Below, piece by piece: positions 9,007 through 17,454 of a stretch of DNA of 64,000 nt. The DNA comes from Minisyncoccia bacterium. GTDB lineage: Bacteria > Patescibacteriota > Minisyncoccia > Phycocordibacterales > UBA918. The DNA lies in assembly GCA_041736805.1 (NCBI GenBank), contig JBGSSW010000016.1, positions 66,526 to 130,525 of the forward strand, read 5' to 3'. The notes beneath the pieces were generated by a model, which saw only the letters and a program-made list of their open reading frames with translations, was not told the DNA's origin and ran no database searches. Position 1 is the first letter of the stretch. Each line of letters starts with the position of its first letter. A program made the translations under genes and the position numbers.

Positions 9007-10746
9007 TTAAAATATGTCGTTAACCGAAACGTTAGTCAGTGCTTTAATAGGAAGCAGGCTATCAACTTTATTAAAAGTTTCGTATATAACCCCGTAATCC
9101 TTTTTGGTTAGACCAAACAAAGTTGCCACTAGACGCTCTATTTTAGCATCAATGGACTTTGGTACAACCTTATTGTTTTCAAGGTATGGCTTTAAAGTTG
9201 AGACAATTGCCTTTGAAATCTTTCCAAAAGATGCAGATTTTATATCTGGGAATGGTAAGTTAAGAATTTGACCTTGTGTTAAATAAGGATGAGAGCGCCA
9301 TTCAGTTTCACCGTATTTTTTGAGTAAAAAATAATACATCGCTCTTGAGTTAATTACACTCAACACTAACTCAATTGGAGCCGTCTCACTTGCCGGACTT
9401 TCTTTAGGTCTAAACATATACACAACCTGATTTGTGAGCGATTGTGTGTAATCAATAGATGCTGTAATTCCAACGCCAGTTTTGCGGACAATAATTTTTG
9501 GTTCGTAGTAAACACTAATATCCTTGTAGTTTATTCCTTTATTATCGACAGAAATCCAGTACTCAGAAGATATTGAGTAGCGTCGAATACTCTCACCTAC
9601 TAGGAGGGGCTTTGATCCTTTAAATTTTTTCTTACTAACAATATTTTGAACTTCGACTTTAGATAAGTCTGAATTTTTGGCGCAATGGTTACACTTAGGG
9701 CGCAGACTGTTTGGGTATGGGTTCCACTGACTACAGTAGTCACACTTATATACCTTCCCTGATTTAGACAATTCTACCCCTCTTGATGAAGATACGAAGT
9801 CACCAATAACTTTCTTACTAGAAGACAGCTTTTGTATTACCTTTAATTCATTGTCCTTTGTGTCTATATCGAAAAGGTATAGACCAGTTTCAGAAAAACG
9901 CTTTTGAAAAACTTTGTGTGACAACTTAGAGTTTGCATCCTCGTATGATAATTCATTCTTGAGAATTAGCTTTCTAGTTTCAAGATTCAACCGCATACAC
10001 TCAACTTCATTCTCAGCTGAAGGTACAGTGTTTTTAAATATTATTATCGTACATCCTCTACTAACGTCTTTAAATATTTTTTCACCAAGTCGTGCTATAT
10101 ATTTAATTTCTGTATTTTCAGTAAGTAATTTCCTAAGAACCTTTTTTTCGTGACTAAAAATTGAATCTGGAATTATGAAGGCACAATATCCACCTTTACG
10201 AACAATTCTTAGTGATAGCTCAATAAATAAATCAGATGAGTCAAACTGCCCTTTATTTAAAGTGTAGTCGCTGTGATTTAATTCCTTAACATAATGACTC
10301 ATATCCGCTCCCCAGGGAGGGTTGGCAACCAAAACATCAAAACCATCTTGTGCATTAAAATGACTCTGAAGTGACTTGATATCAAATATACTCAGTCTAC
10401 TTTCATAAGGAAATAAGGCATTTATTTTCAGAGTGTTTTTAGCAGAAATTAACTTAGAAGTGGTTTCCACTGCGTATTTATCAATATCTGTACCATACAA
10501 ATCAAAATGATTTGAAAGTTGATTTCGAGACAAGTATCTATTTACCGAGTGAAGTAATTCACCCTCTCCACAAGCGGGGTCAATTATTTTGAGACTATCG
10601 ACTTGTCTGTAAGCGCCTCTAGAAATATCTTCAGATAAAAAGTGTAGTACTTTACTGACCAGAAAATCCGCAAGGGGTTTTGGTGTATATACAATACCTA
10701 AATCACTTTTATACTGTGTTTTTTTATTTTTAGTGACTAAAACCAT
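9007..10746 (-). CDS. N6-adenine DNA methyltransferase (Eco57I/TaqI-like, gamma class) with Cys4 insert in the specificity domain
   Basis: GIVYTP, IIDPACGEG, VANPPW; TaqI_C-like region (KIIVRKT..SVINS..LPFP); CDYC..CNHC. Confidence 0.9.
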   Translation of the reverse strand: MVLVTKNKKTQYKSDLGIVYTPKPLADFLVSKVLHFLSEDISRGAYRQVDSLKIIDPACGEGELLHSVNRYLSRNQLSNHFDLYGTDIDKYAVETTSKLISAKNTLKINALFPYESRLSIFDIKSLQSHFNAQDGFDVLVANPPWGADMSHYVKELNHSDYTLNKGQFDSSDLFIELSLRIVRKGGYCAFIIPDSIFSHEKKVLRKLLTENTEIKYIARLGEKIFKDVSRGCTIIIFKNTVPSAENEVECMRLNLETRKLILKNELSYEDANSKLSHKVFQKRFSETGLYLFDIDTKDNELKVIQKLSSSKKVIGDFVSSSRGVELSKSGKVYKCDYCSQWNPYPNSLRPKCNHCAKNSDLSKVEVQNIVSKKKFKGSKPLLVGESIRRYSISSEYWISVDNKGINYKDISVYYEPKIIVRKTGVGITASIDYTQSLTNQVVYMFRPKESPASETAPIELVLSVINSRAMYYFLLKKYGETEWRSHPYLTQGQILNLPFPDIKSASFGKISKAIVSTLKPYLENNKVVPKSIDAKIERLVATLFGLTKKDYGVIYETFNKVDSLLPIKALTNVSVNDIF

Positions 10747-10956
10747 TACTTAATTTTAGCACGTCACTCATTCATTTTTTGTAGTTATCCAAAATTTTAG
10801 TATTGTAAATTAAGGATATTATTAGTATAGGTATCTACATTTGCTTCATCTTAAACTTTGTAAGTGACCACTCATTCTTAGAACGTCCATTGCCTGGCTT
10901 CTTTCCAGTAAACGCTCCCATTCTACCCAGTTTACGTTTATAAAGGTGCTTAGATT

Positions 10957-11130
10957 GCGGAGCAAATCAAAAAACGCCTTAGGGTGTTTTTTGTTTGTGA
11001 CGCGGGAGAACGTGACTAAATGTCACGTTCGTTAGGATTCGAAGCCGGATTGAGCTAGATTTGAGCTTGCGAAAAATCTAGCCAATTTGGTTACTGGTCG
11101 TGTAACGACCGAAATTCCTACCGCGGAGCA
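10957..11130 (+). repeat. Structured unit bounded by tRNA-3'-end copies, with split antisense segments
   Basis: Order: GCGGAGCA 10957; hairpin; antisense TGTGACGCGG 10996-11005; hairpin 11008-11030; antisense TAGGATTCGAA 11033-11043; hairpins; direct copy GAAATTCCTACCGCGGAGCA 11111-11130. Confidence 0.7.
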
Positions 11131-11204
11131 AACTTGACACATCCTTTTGATAAGATAATGTTCTTATGGGTTCGGCATCGACCGGACATCTCTAGGAAGG
11201 TGTA

Positions 11205-11399
11205 ATGAATCATATTCGTATAGTCACCCAGCACATGTTGTGCATCGGAGCACCTGTAGTCGGGGCTCTCGCTCTCACCCAAATCAGTCTTTGGCTAGGT
11301 AATGGTCCAGTGGTACTAAATCCATTTGTCTGTGCCCTAGCCCTGGTTGCCTCGCCGTTTCTATACATGATGGGAGTGCGAATGAAGGGCGGGGCCTGA
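11205..11399 (+). CDS. Small two-TM membrane protein
   Basis: 64 aa, hydrophobic; SD AGGAAGG, TTGACA at 11134, and a terminator-like hairpin at ~11420-11456. Confidence 0.65.
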   Translation: MNHIRIVTQHMLCIGAPVVGALALTQISLWLGNGPVVLNPFVCALALVASPFLYMMGVRMKGGA

Positions 11400-11463
11400 A
11401 TGTTGTTACTACCGCTTGTACAGACACCGCGTCTGTATGAGCGGTTTCTGTTTTTATACACAA

Positions 11464-11494
11464 GCGGTTCGAACATCCTTCACCCAGCGGAGCA
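11464..11494 (+). repeat. Degenerate tRNA 3'-end copy (att-like)
   Basis: GCGGTTCGAACATCCTTCACCCAGCGGAGCA; near-identical copy at 16802-16832. Confidence 0.7.
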
Positions 11495-11909
11495 AAATAG
11501 GATAACCCTTCACTTCAGTCATGAGGTCGAAGGTTTTTGCCTAATGTGGTAACTTTCATCGGCATCAACTAAATTCTCTAGTTGAAGACTTAATGACTCG
11601 CTGTCTGTGTCTTAATTCTTTCTCTTTCTTGTCATATTCATCCTGAGCAATTCTCCACTTTGGTACGGAGTTTCTCTTTACATTCTAATTCTGAACTTAT
11701 CTATGAAAACAAATTCAGTTACCTTCTCTAACAGGGCGTTTTTCCATTAGACTTAAGGTTTTAATACCACTTGCCATTTAAATGATTCCAACTTTTATGA
11801 CTTACAAATCTTTAATTTGTTAATGTGGATAATAAACAATTTATACTTTAATAATTGATATTATAAAGTTTGATTAATTGTTCATTAACTTAATTAACGA
11901 GGTGTACAA

Positions 11910-12575
11910 ATGGTCTCTAAAATTAGACTTGGAAAACTGGATGAATTTGAACGTGCTACATTACTAATGGAAAGAGGTATTGACTTGGGTCGTCGAAAGA
12001 TGATTGTCGGTGTCCCATACATAAGTAACAACAGTGAAAGTGATGTAGGGTTCCCCCTTGTAGCAAACTTCTTTACCGGCCTCCATGCTCTGGAACACTT
12101 TTATGAGCCAAAAGCTGGAGAAACTCCAAGAGAGCATATCGATATTGAGTTTGTCAGCTACGGAGGAGACTTGCATGCATCGTTCGGAATATTCGATCGA
12201 ATCACCATGGTGTCTGTCCCCGTACATATCTATGTCTATGGGCCATGCATGAGTGCCGGTAGCTTGATTCTCCAAGCAGCGACCAAACGTTTTATGTCAC
12301 CAAAATCAAGCTTGATGCTTCATTATGGTTTTACTGCAGATGAGGGTACTTCGGACCCCAAACGTCTTGAAGAGGTACTTCGTTATCACAAGAAGCTCAT
12401 GGATACACTAGTCAGTATATATCTATCTAGTTGTAACAAAAATATTCTCACTGAAGAAATACTTCGAAACAAGATTCTTCCGATTGAGACATATCTAGAT
12501 GCAGAGTCTTGTCTAAAGTACGGACTTACCGATGAAATAATCGAGCCAGTAATTCCAGGATTAGCTAGTTGCTAG
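11910..12575 (+). CDS. ClpP-like (S14) serine protease, divergent
   Basis: SYGGD, CMSAGSLILQA (catalytic Ser), LMLH (His), ETYLDAESCLKYGLTDEI. Confidence 0.85.
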   Translation: MVSKIRLGKLDEFERATLLMERGIDLGRRKMIVGVPYISNNSESDVGFPLVANFFTGLHALEHFYEPKAGETPREHIDIEFVSYGGDLHASFGIFDRITMVSVPVHIYVYGPCMSAGSLILQAATKRFMSPKSSLMLHYGFTADEGTSDPKRLEEVLRYHKKLMDTLVSIYLSSCNKNILTEEILRNKILPIETYLDAESCLKYGLTDEIIEPVIPGLASC

Positions 12576-12578
12576 CAA

Positions 12579-12606
12579 CAAAAAGGGTGGCGTCTGTCAC
12601 CCTTTT
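12579..12606. terminator. Bidirectional intrinsic terminator
   Basis: AAAAAGGGTGGCGTCTGTCACCCTTTT between convergent genes. Confidence 0.75.
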
Positions 12607-12608
12607 AC

Positions 12609-13085
12609 TTATTTATTCTTTAATAGACTCTCATTTTTAATAACCTTCTTCAAAACAGAAACAAAATTTTCATACTCATCTGAATCAAGATTTTTTAGAA
12701 GGGGCTCAAAAAAGACTAAAAACTGTTGTTGTGAGAGAGATAGAATCTTTTTACCCTCTTTTGTTATACACATACTTTTTTTTCGTTTATCTCCACCATT
12801 TGCAATGATTGAAATAAGACCACGATTCTCCAATTTAGTTCCTATGACAGTTAAAAATGAATCCTGAATTCCTAACTCTTCAGCAACATCTGAAAAAGAC
12901 ACGAAGTCACCTTTATGATCGAGAAAACCAAGAAGAATCCAGTCTCCAGTATTGAGCTCAAATACTCTTAGAGCTCTTGTCATGTAGCTTTTTGTAATTC
13001 TATGAAATTTACTTTGTAACAAAGCGACTTTTGTTGCCTTTTGTATAAAAGGTATTTTCAAGGAAAACTTATTGATCATAAGCAA
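12609..13085 (-). CDS. MarR-family transcriptional regulator
   Basis: SDVAEELGI..LENRGLI....DKRKKSMCITKEGK wHTH signature. Confidence 0.88.
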   Translation of the reverse strand: MLMINKFSLKIPFIQKATKVALLQSKFHRITKSYMTRALRVFELNTGDWILLGFLDHKGDFVSFSDVAEELGIQDSFLTVIGTKLENRGLISIIANGGDKRKKSMCITKEGKKILSLSQQQFLVFFEPLLKNLDSDEYENFVSVLKKVIKNESLLKNK

Positions 13086-13261
13086 TATTGTATCTCAAAA
13101 TAATTACATAGCAAATTTTTTCCACATCTGAGATTTGTTAATAGATAGTTAAGTTAGTAAACTATAAAGTAGATTAATTAAGTTAATGAATAATTAAGTT
13201 AATTAATTGTTAGTTCCTTGACATTTATCTTCCCGCTTACCTTTACTAAAGGAATTTTATC

Positions 13262-15259
13262 ATGGCAAAGAATGTTAAAGTCCGGAAAGCTGTCTTGGTT
13301 GACAGGTCTAAAATCAATGATTTCATCAAAAGTAATCGCCAACTTTCAAGAAAGGAACTCGCTGAAAAATGTGGCATCAGTAAGAATGCCGTGAAGGAAC
13401 GTGAACATCTAATGAACCTGACTAGGGAATGGAAAATGGCAGAAAAAGCACAGCCCGAAGACAGGCTTTCTCAGCGACAGGAGTTTGCCAGCATCTGGAA
13501 CGATGCCCGAACATACCCGGCTAAGTATGACCTGGAGCGCGCTCTAGGTAGTAACTTTCGCGCTCTGCAGGCAAGGGCGCGTCGCTACACACAGTTTCGG
13601 GTCAACCAGCCAACCCTTGGTTTACCAGAACTGATTTGGCGACAACAAATTACCGGGGGTATGATTGCGGTACCAGAAGGCGTCATACGTCAATTGGATG
13701 AATTTCGAGTCACTCCGGAGTTACTTGACGCTCTTTCTAAAGGGAAAATTTCCAAGGTACTACTGACCGGCTACCAGTTCGGTGCCAGCTTGAACCAAAA
13801 CTTCTGGAAATCCCTGAAACATTACGAAACAGAACGTGGTACTCCCCTACTGGTCTTGCCAATCAAGTACGGCCCAATCAAAACTGTTGCCCATAAAGGT
13901 ACCGGTAATCGTATCTTGACCAGTACCTTCCCGGCCGAGCTTCATGGTCACATGATTTTCGAGAATCAAGTCATATTCAATGATGAACTTGAGATCAATG
14001 TGATGCGCATGCGCCCGACATTGGTTACCTTTCTCACCCCTAGTGTCTGTCAAAGGGGTGGTACGCGGTCGCAGATATTCGCAGCGCCCAAACTAGAGCT
14101 CAAGCACCAAATGCGGATTGGACGACATCAACCCAAGGCCCTTATGACAACTGGGGCAGTAAGTTACCCAAGCTACTCAGTCGATAACCTCGGTCAACAA
14201 GATCGAACAGGGGAAATTGCCGCTCAAGAGCATGAATTTGCAGCCGTGGTGATTGAGCTTGGCAAAAAAGGCTTTCACTTCCGCCAACTCCTAGCCAATA
14301 AACGTGGTGAGTTCTACGACATCAACATCAATAAGGGTGGGGCCGACCTCTTCACACCAAATGGGGTTGAGCACCGTCCAGACGACGTTGATGCGCTTTA
14401 TTGCGGTGATCTGCATATCGGGATTACCGATCCCCAGGTAGAGGAAGCCACGTTCGAGAAGAATGGTATTGTCTCCATCCTTAAGCCAAAAAATATCGTG
14501 TTTGGGGACGATATCGATGGTTGGAGTATCAACCATTATGACGAAGAGCATCAGGGCGCTAGGCGGTCTTGGAAAGCTCAACACGGTCTGGATAGTCTAG
14601 AACGTGAACTCGAGATGGCAGTGGCAAAGCATAAGTGGATACATGCCAAAGTTACTTCCTACGTACCAAAAATCAAGATACATCGCATTGCTGCCAATCA
14701 CCCCGAGTTTGTGTCGGAATACATCGAAAGTAGAAAATGGGCAATGCGAGGGCATGACGTCAACGCCGTAATCGGGGCTGAACTATTCTTGGCCATGCGA
14801 GAAAGCATCAGAAAGCCAAAGCTGAAGCTACTCAGGTCTGGTGGATTTGGAACAGAGTTTTTGACTCCCAAAGACTTGGACGTCAGCCCCATCGACCCAG
14901 TTGTTTGGTACTTCCGCAAGCATTGTCCAGAGATAATTTCCTACGAACGAAAAGATCAACTGTTCTTCCCTAAAGGAGTCAAGCATCCGATACTTTGTTC
15001 ACTTCACGGTGACAAAGGTAGCCGTGGTGGCAAAACGCGAAGCACAAAAGAATTTCAAAACGTGGGGAGACGGACACTGCTCGGCCATAACCATTCTGCC
15101 GAAATCAATGGCATAGCTTGGCGTGTTGGTACGTCGACCGGACGAACCCAACACTACGTGATGTTCCCAGGCACAAACTGGTCACAGTCACACGCTGCCA
15201 TCTTCAAGAATGGTCAGCGACAACTGTTAAACATCATCATGGGTGAGTGGCACGGGTAA
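13262..15259 (+). CDS. HTH + calcineurin-like metallophosphoesterase (large-phage type)
   Basis: N-terminal HTH (LSRKELAEKCGISKNAV); C-terminal GDLHIG, GDDIDG, ANH, LHGD, GHNH metal-binding motifs. Confidence 0.78.
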   Translation: MAKNVKVRKAVLVDRSKINDFIKSNRQLSRKELAEKCGISKNAVKEREHLMNLTREWKMAEKAQPEDRLSQRQEFASIWNDARTYPAKYDLERALGSNFRALQARARRYTQFRVNQPTLGLPELIWRQQITGGMIAVPEGVIRQLDEFRVTPELLDALSKGKISKVLLTGYQFGASLNQNFWKSLKHYETERGTPLLVLPIKYGPIKTVAHKGTGNRILTSTFPAELHGHMIFENQVIFNDELEINVMRMRPTLVTFLTPSVCQRGGTRSQIFAAPKLELKHQMRIGRHQPKALMTTGAVSYPSYSVDNLGQQDRTGEIAAQEHEFAAVVIELGKKGFHFRQLLANKRGEFYDININKGGADLFTPNGVEHRPDDVDALYCGDLHIGITDPQVEEATFEKNGIVSILKPKNIVFGDDIDGWSINHYDEEHQGARRSWKAQHGLDSLERELEMAVAKHKWIHAKVTSYVPKIKIHRIAANHPEFVSEYIESRKWAMRGHDVNAVIGAELFLAMRESIRKPKLKLLRSGGFGTEFLTPKDLDVSPIDPVVWYFRKHCPEIISYERKDQLFFPKGVKHPILCSLHGDKGSRGGKTRSTKEFQNVGRRTLLGHNHSAEINGIAWRVGTSTGRTQHYVMFPGTNWSQSHAAIFKNGQRQLLNIIMGEWHG

Positions 15260-15391
15260 AATCAATAGTAATGATTTTGCTGGTTTATGAGCACTTATTG
15301 TAAACCAGCATATTTTTCAGATTACGAATTAATTTTCGCAATTTGAAAGATATTAGTTCTTTGACATAACCTAACAGTAAAGGAGAAATTT

Positions 15392-15712
15392 GTGAATAAA
15401 TTCAATTTACGTCGTCTATTTGAAAATATGATTAGCTTTGTTGTGCTCGATACAAACATCATACTAAAGGAACTAATTGTCCCCGGGTACTACATTGCAA
15501 AATCAAAAACACTGCGAATTTCATCAACAAAAGATGGTGCTGATTTGGTGAAAATTACCTACGCCGCCTTGATTCATCATCTCCATCCTAAAACCTCCCT
15601 GGAGACTTGTCTGGAGTACGCGGGGGAAATGACCTTAAAAATAAACAAGTCAGAGATGCAGTGGGCAATAAAATATATTAGGGACCATACAATAAAACTT
15701 TCCATTGTTTGA
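15392..15712 (+). CDS. Hypothetical protein
   Basis: GTG start with SD AAGGAG and a GTTCTTTGACAT leader motif. Confidence 0.6.
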   Translation: MNKFNLRRLFENMISFVVLDTNIILKELIVPGYYIAKSKTLRISSTKDGADLVKITYAALIHHLHPKTSLETCLEYAGEMTLKINKSEMQWAIKYIRDHTIKLSIV

Positions 15713-15726
15713 AACGGAGAATCGAA

Positions 15727-16251
15727 ATGAAACCTGTAGATATTGATACCGTTCGGAAAATTCCCCTTAAGTATAAAACAATCTATCTAGCTGGAGGACT
15801 TTTCAATGCTGGAGAGCAGGTTCATAACCTGCTATTACGCCTGTCTCTAAGTAAGTACGGGTTCAAGGTCATACTTCCACAAATTGAGGCTGAGAAATTC
15901 AAAAGAGATGACGGTACTTTGGATATGCAAAAAGTTGTCGAGGATTGCTACTCTCATGTGGAGGATCCGCTAACTCTTGTAGTTGCCAACATGGATGGAG
16001 TGGATGCCGAATCTGGGACCGTCGCTGAGGTAGCAACTGCTCATGCCGTCAATGGTTACGCCATCATGTACCGAACAGACTTTCGTACTTGCCCAGAACA
16101 TGAGGCTGGAGTAAATGCGATGTTTCGATATCTAAAGCCCTCCATCATTTACTGCCCTTTTCACCTGAGCTCTATTTATGAAGTAGAAGACAACTACGAC
16201 AAACTGGCGCTGAGGATTGTCGAGACAATCATAACGAAACTTCCTAAGTAA
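15727..16251 (+). CDS. Nucleoside 2-deoxyribosyltransferase (NDT/N-glycosidase) family protein
   Basis: IYLAGGLF, ANMDGVDAESGTVAEV, YRTDFR, NAM motifs. Confidence 0.85.
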   Translation: MKPVDIDTVRKIPLKYKTIYLAGGLFNAGEQVHNLLLRLSLSKYGFKVILPQIEAEKFKRDDGTLDMQKVVEDCYSHVEDPLTLVVANMDGVDAESGTVAEVATAHAVNGYAIMYRTDFRTCPEHEAGVNAMFRYLKPSIIYCPFHLSSIYEVEDNYDKLALRIVETIITKLPK

Positions 16252-16270
16252 CATGAGGCGGAGTCCGTTC

Positions 16271-16304
16271 ACCCCTGTACTAATTTAGTACAGGGTTTGT
16301 TTTT
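16271..16304 (+). terminator. Intrinsic terminator
   Basis: CCCTGTACTAATTTAGTACAGGG followed by a T-tract. Confidence 0.75.
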
Positions 16305-16440
16305 GATTAATTATTTTTTAAAATAAAAACTGATTTTAATTACCTTTTATACTTACTTTCTTTTAAGTAGTAACCTCATCAAGAAAGCAGGCTGGAGATT
16401 TATTGTAGACTCTAACAGTTCTTTCCTGAAACCGGGTAAT

Positions 16441-16701
16441 GTGCAAGCACATTACCCGCATATATTGACACTGGGTAAACATAAGTACGCTGTTCGTAAT
16501 TTCAAGCGAAAAAGGGTCTCGTATCTGGAGCCCAGACTTCGTAGAGGCAAACCAAGTAATCCAGGACGCTACCCAAATGCCGACGGTCGCGTGCGACATT
16601 GGTTCCGATGCCATTCATGTCCGCGGAGAAGACGCAAACGGTCGTTTCTTGGTCAAGACGTTCTACAACTCAAAAAAGTGATTCGCGGCCGAGATGACTA
16701 A
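16441..16701 (+). CDS. Arg-rich hypothetical protein
   Basis: 86-aa ORF with an upstream GTTCTTT motif and downstream hairpins; start uncertain. Confidence 0.4.
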   Translation: MQAHYPHILTLGKHKYAVRNFKRKRVSYLEPRLRRGKPSNPGRYPNADGRVRHWFRCHSCPRRRRKRSFLGQDVLQLKKVIRGRDD

Positions 16702-16801
16702 ATGCACAGGTAGAACAGACCGCCACTGCGGGCGGAAGAAAGGACAACTGTCCCGACTTCCCCACTTGGTGGGCGTTTATTTATTTTATACAAAAAACGC
16801 A

Positions 16802-16841
16802 GCGGTTCGAGCATCACACACCTAGCGGAGTAAATCAAAAA
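16802..16841 (+). repeat. Degenerate tRNA 3'-end copy (att-like)
   Basis: GCGGTTCGAGCATCACACACCTAGCGGAGTAAATCAAAAA. The left part matches 11464-11494 and the right part matches GCGGAGCAAATCAAAAA at 10957. Confidence 0.7.
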
Positions 16842-16947
16842 TGTGTATTGATTGTGTAATAATCAATATTACTGATCGCAAAGTACAGAAATGACCTGGT
16901 TGTAAAATAACTTAACTACTCACCCAAATTACTATATACTAGTGACC

Positions 16948-17070
16948 ATGACACGAATAATTGCATCAAGCCCAAAAAAGAATACAAAAACACGTCCTTA
17001 TAAATCACCAAAGCGTTTAGCAGCAAAGAAGGAAATGCTTGCAAAAAAGTCGGGCAAAAAAGGAAGATAA
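16948..17070 (+). CDS. 40-aa Lys/Arg-rich small protein (not in ORF track)
   Basis: MTRIIASSPKKNTKTRPYKSPKRLAAKKEMLAKKSGKKGR*; TATACT -10 at 16935-16940 just upstream (leaderless-type). Confidence 0.7.
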   Translation: MTRIIASSPKKNTKTRPYKSPKRLAAKKEMLAKKSGKKGR

Positions 17071-17116
17071 TAGAATATTTAAACGACTACTTCACAACTC
17101 ACTATTAAACTAAGGG

Positions 17117-17304
17117 GGTTCGAACGTCCTTCTTCCTACAGAAGCTGTCCACTTTGTCGCTATTTTTTCCTAGCGTCAAAATAGCTGGCAAAGCCTTGCG
17201 AAATGCTCCCAGCATTTCTCACCCAGTGGGGCAGAGAAAAATAACCATGATAAACATGGTTATTTTTTATTCAGAGTTAATACCCCGGGAGGACGCGTTC
17301 GAAC
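17117..17304. repeat. Further split/inverted tRNA-3'-end-like structured repeat
   Basis: GGTTCGAACGTCCTTC 17117-17132, CACCCAGTGGGGCA 17220-17233, and inverted GGAGGACGCGTTCGAAC 17288-17304, separated by hairpins. Confidence 0.55.
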
Positions 17305-17454
17305 TTTTGCTTGACTTTATGATTATTTTAATGTGTAATAAACTACGAAACGGGTTTACGCTTACCCACTCACAATTAAGCGAGTTCCCTCTAAATAGAG
17401 CTGCTGCTTTGAAACCCTATTAACCTGTAATATAATAATCTTAATAACTAAGAT

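Larger units (their letters stand above)
1..10964. mobile_element. Integrated element (satellite/IME-like) with defence cargo; right boundary at tRNA-3'-like core GCGGAGCA 10957-10964
   Basis: Serine integrase at the left edge, TerS-like gene, RM and type IV-like cargo. Ends at a GCGGAGCA core that recurs at 11123, 11487 and (GCGGAGTA) 16825. Confidence 0.72.

Noticed and set aside
10840-10925. 28-codon minus-strand ORF near the element end (MGAFTGKKPG..)
   Set aside because: Too short and unsupported to call.
11570-11780. Possible degraded minus-strand gene
   Set aside because: Only short coding-like fragments in different frames; no family recognised.
10957-17304. Intact tRNA genes
   Set aside because: Only T-arm/acceptor 3' fragments are present; no D-arm or anticodon arm can be folded upstream of any copy.
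17154-17423. 89-aa ORF
   Set aside because: Runs through palindromic tRNA-end-like repeats, TTG start, no motifs.
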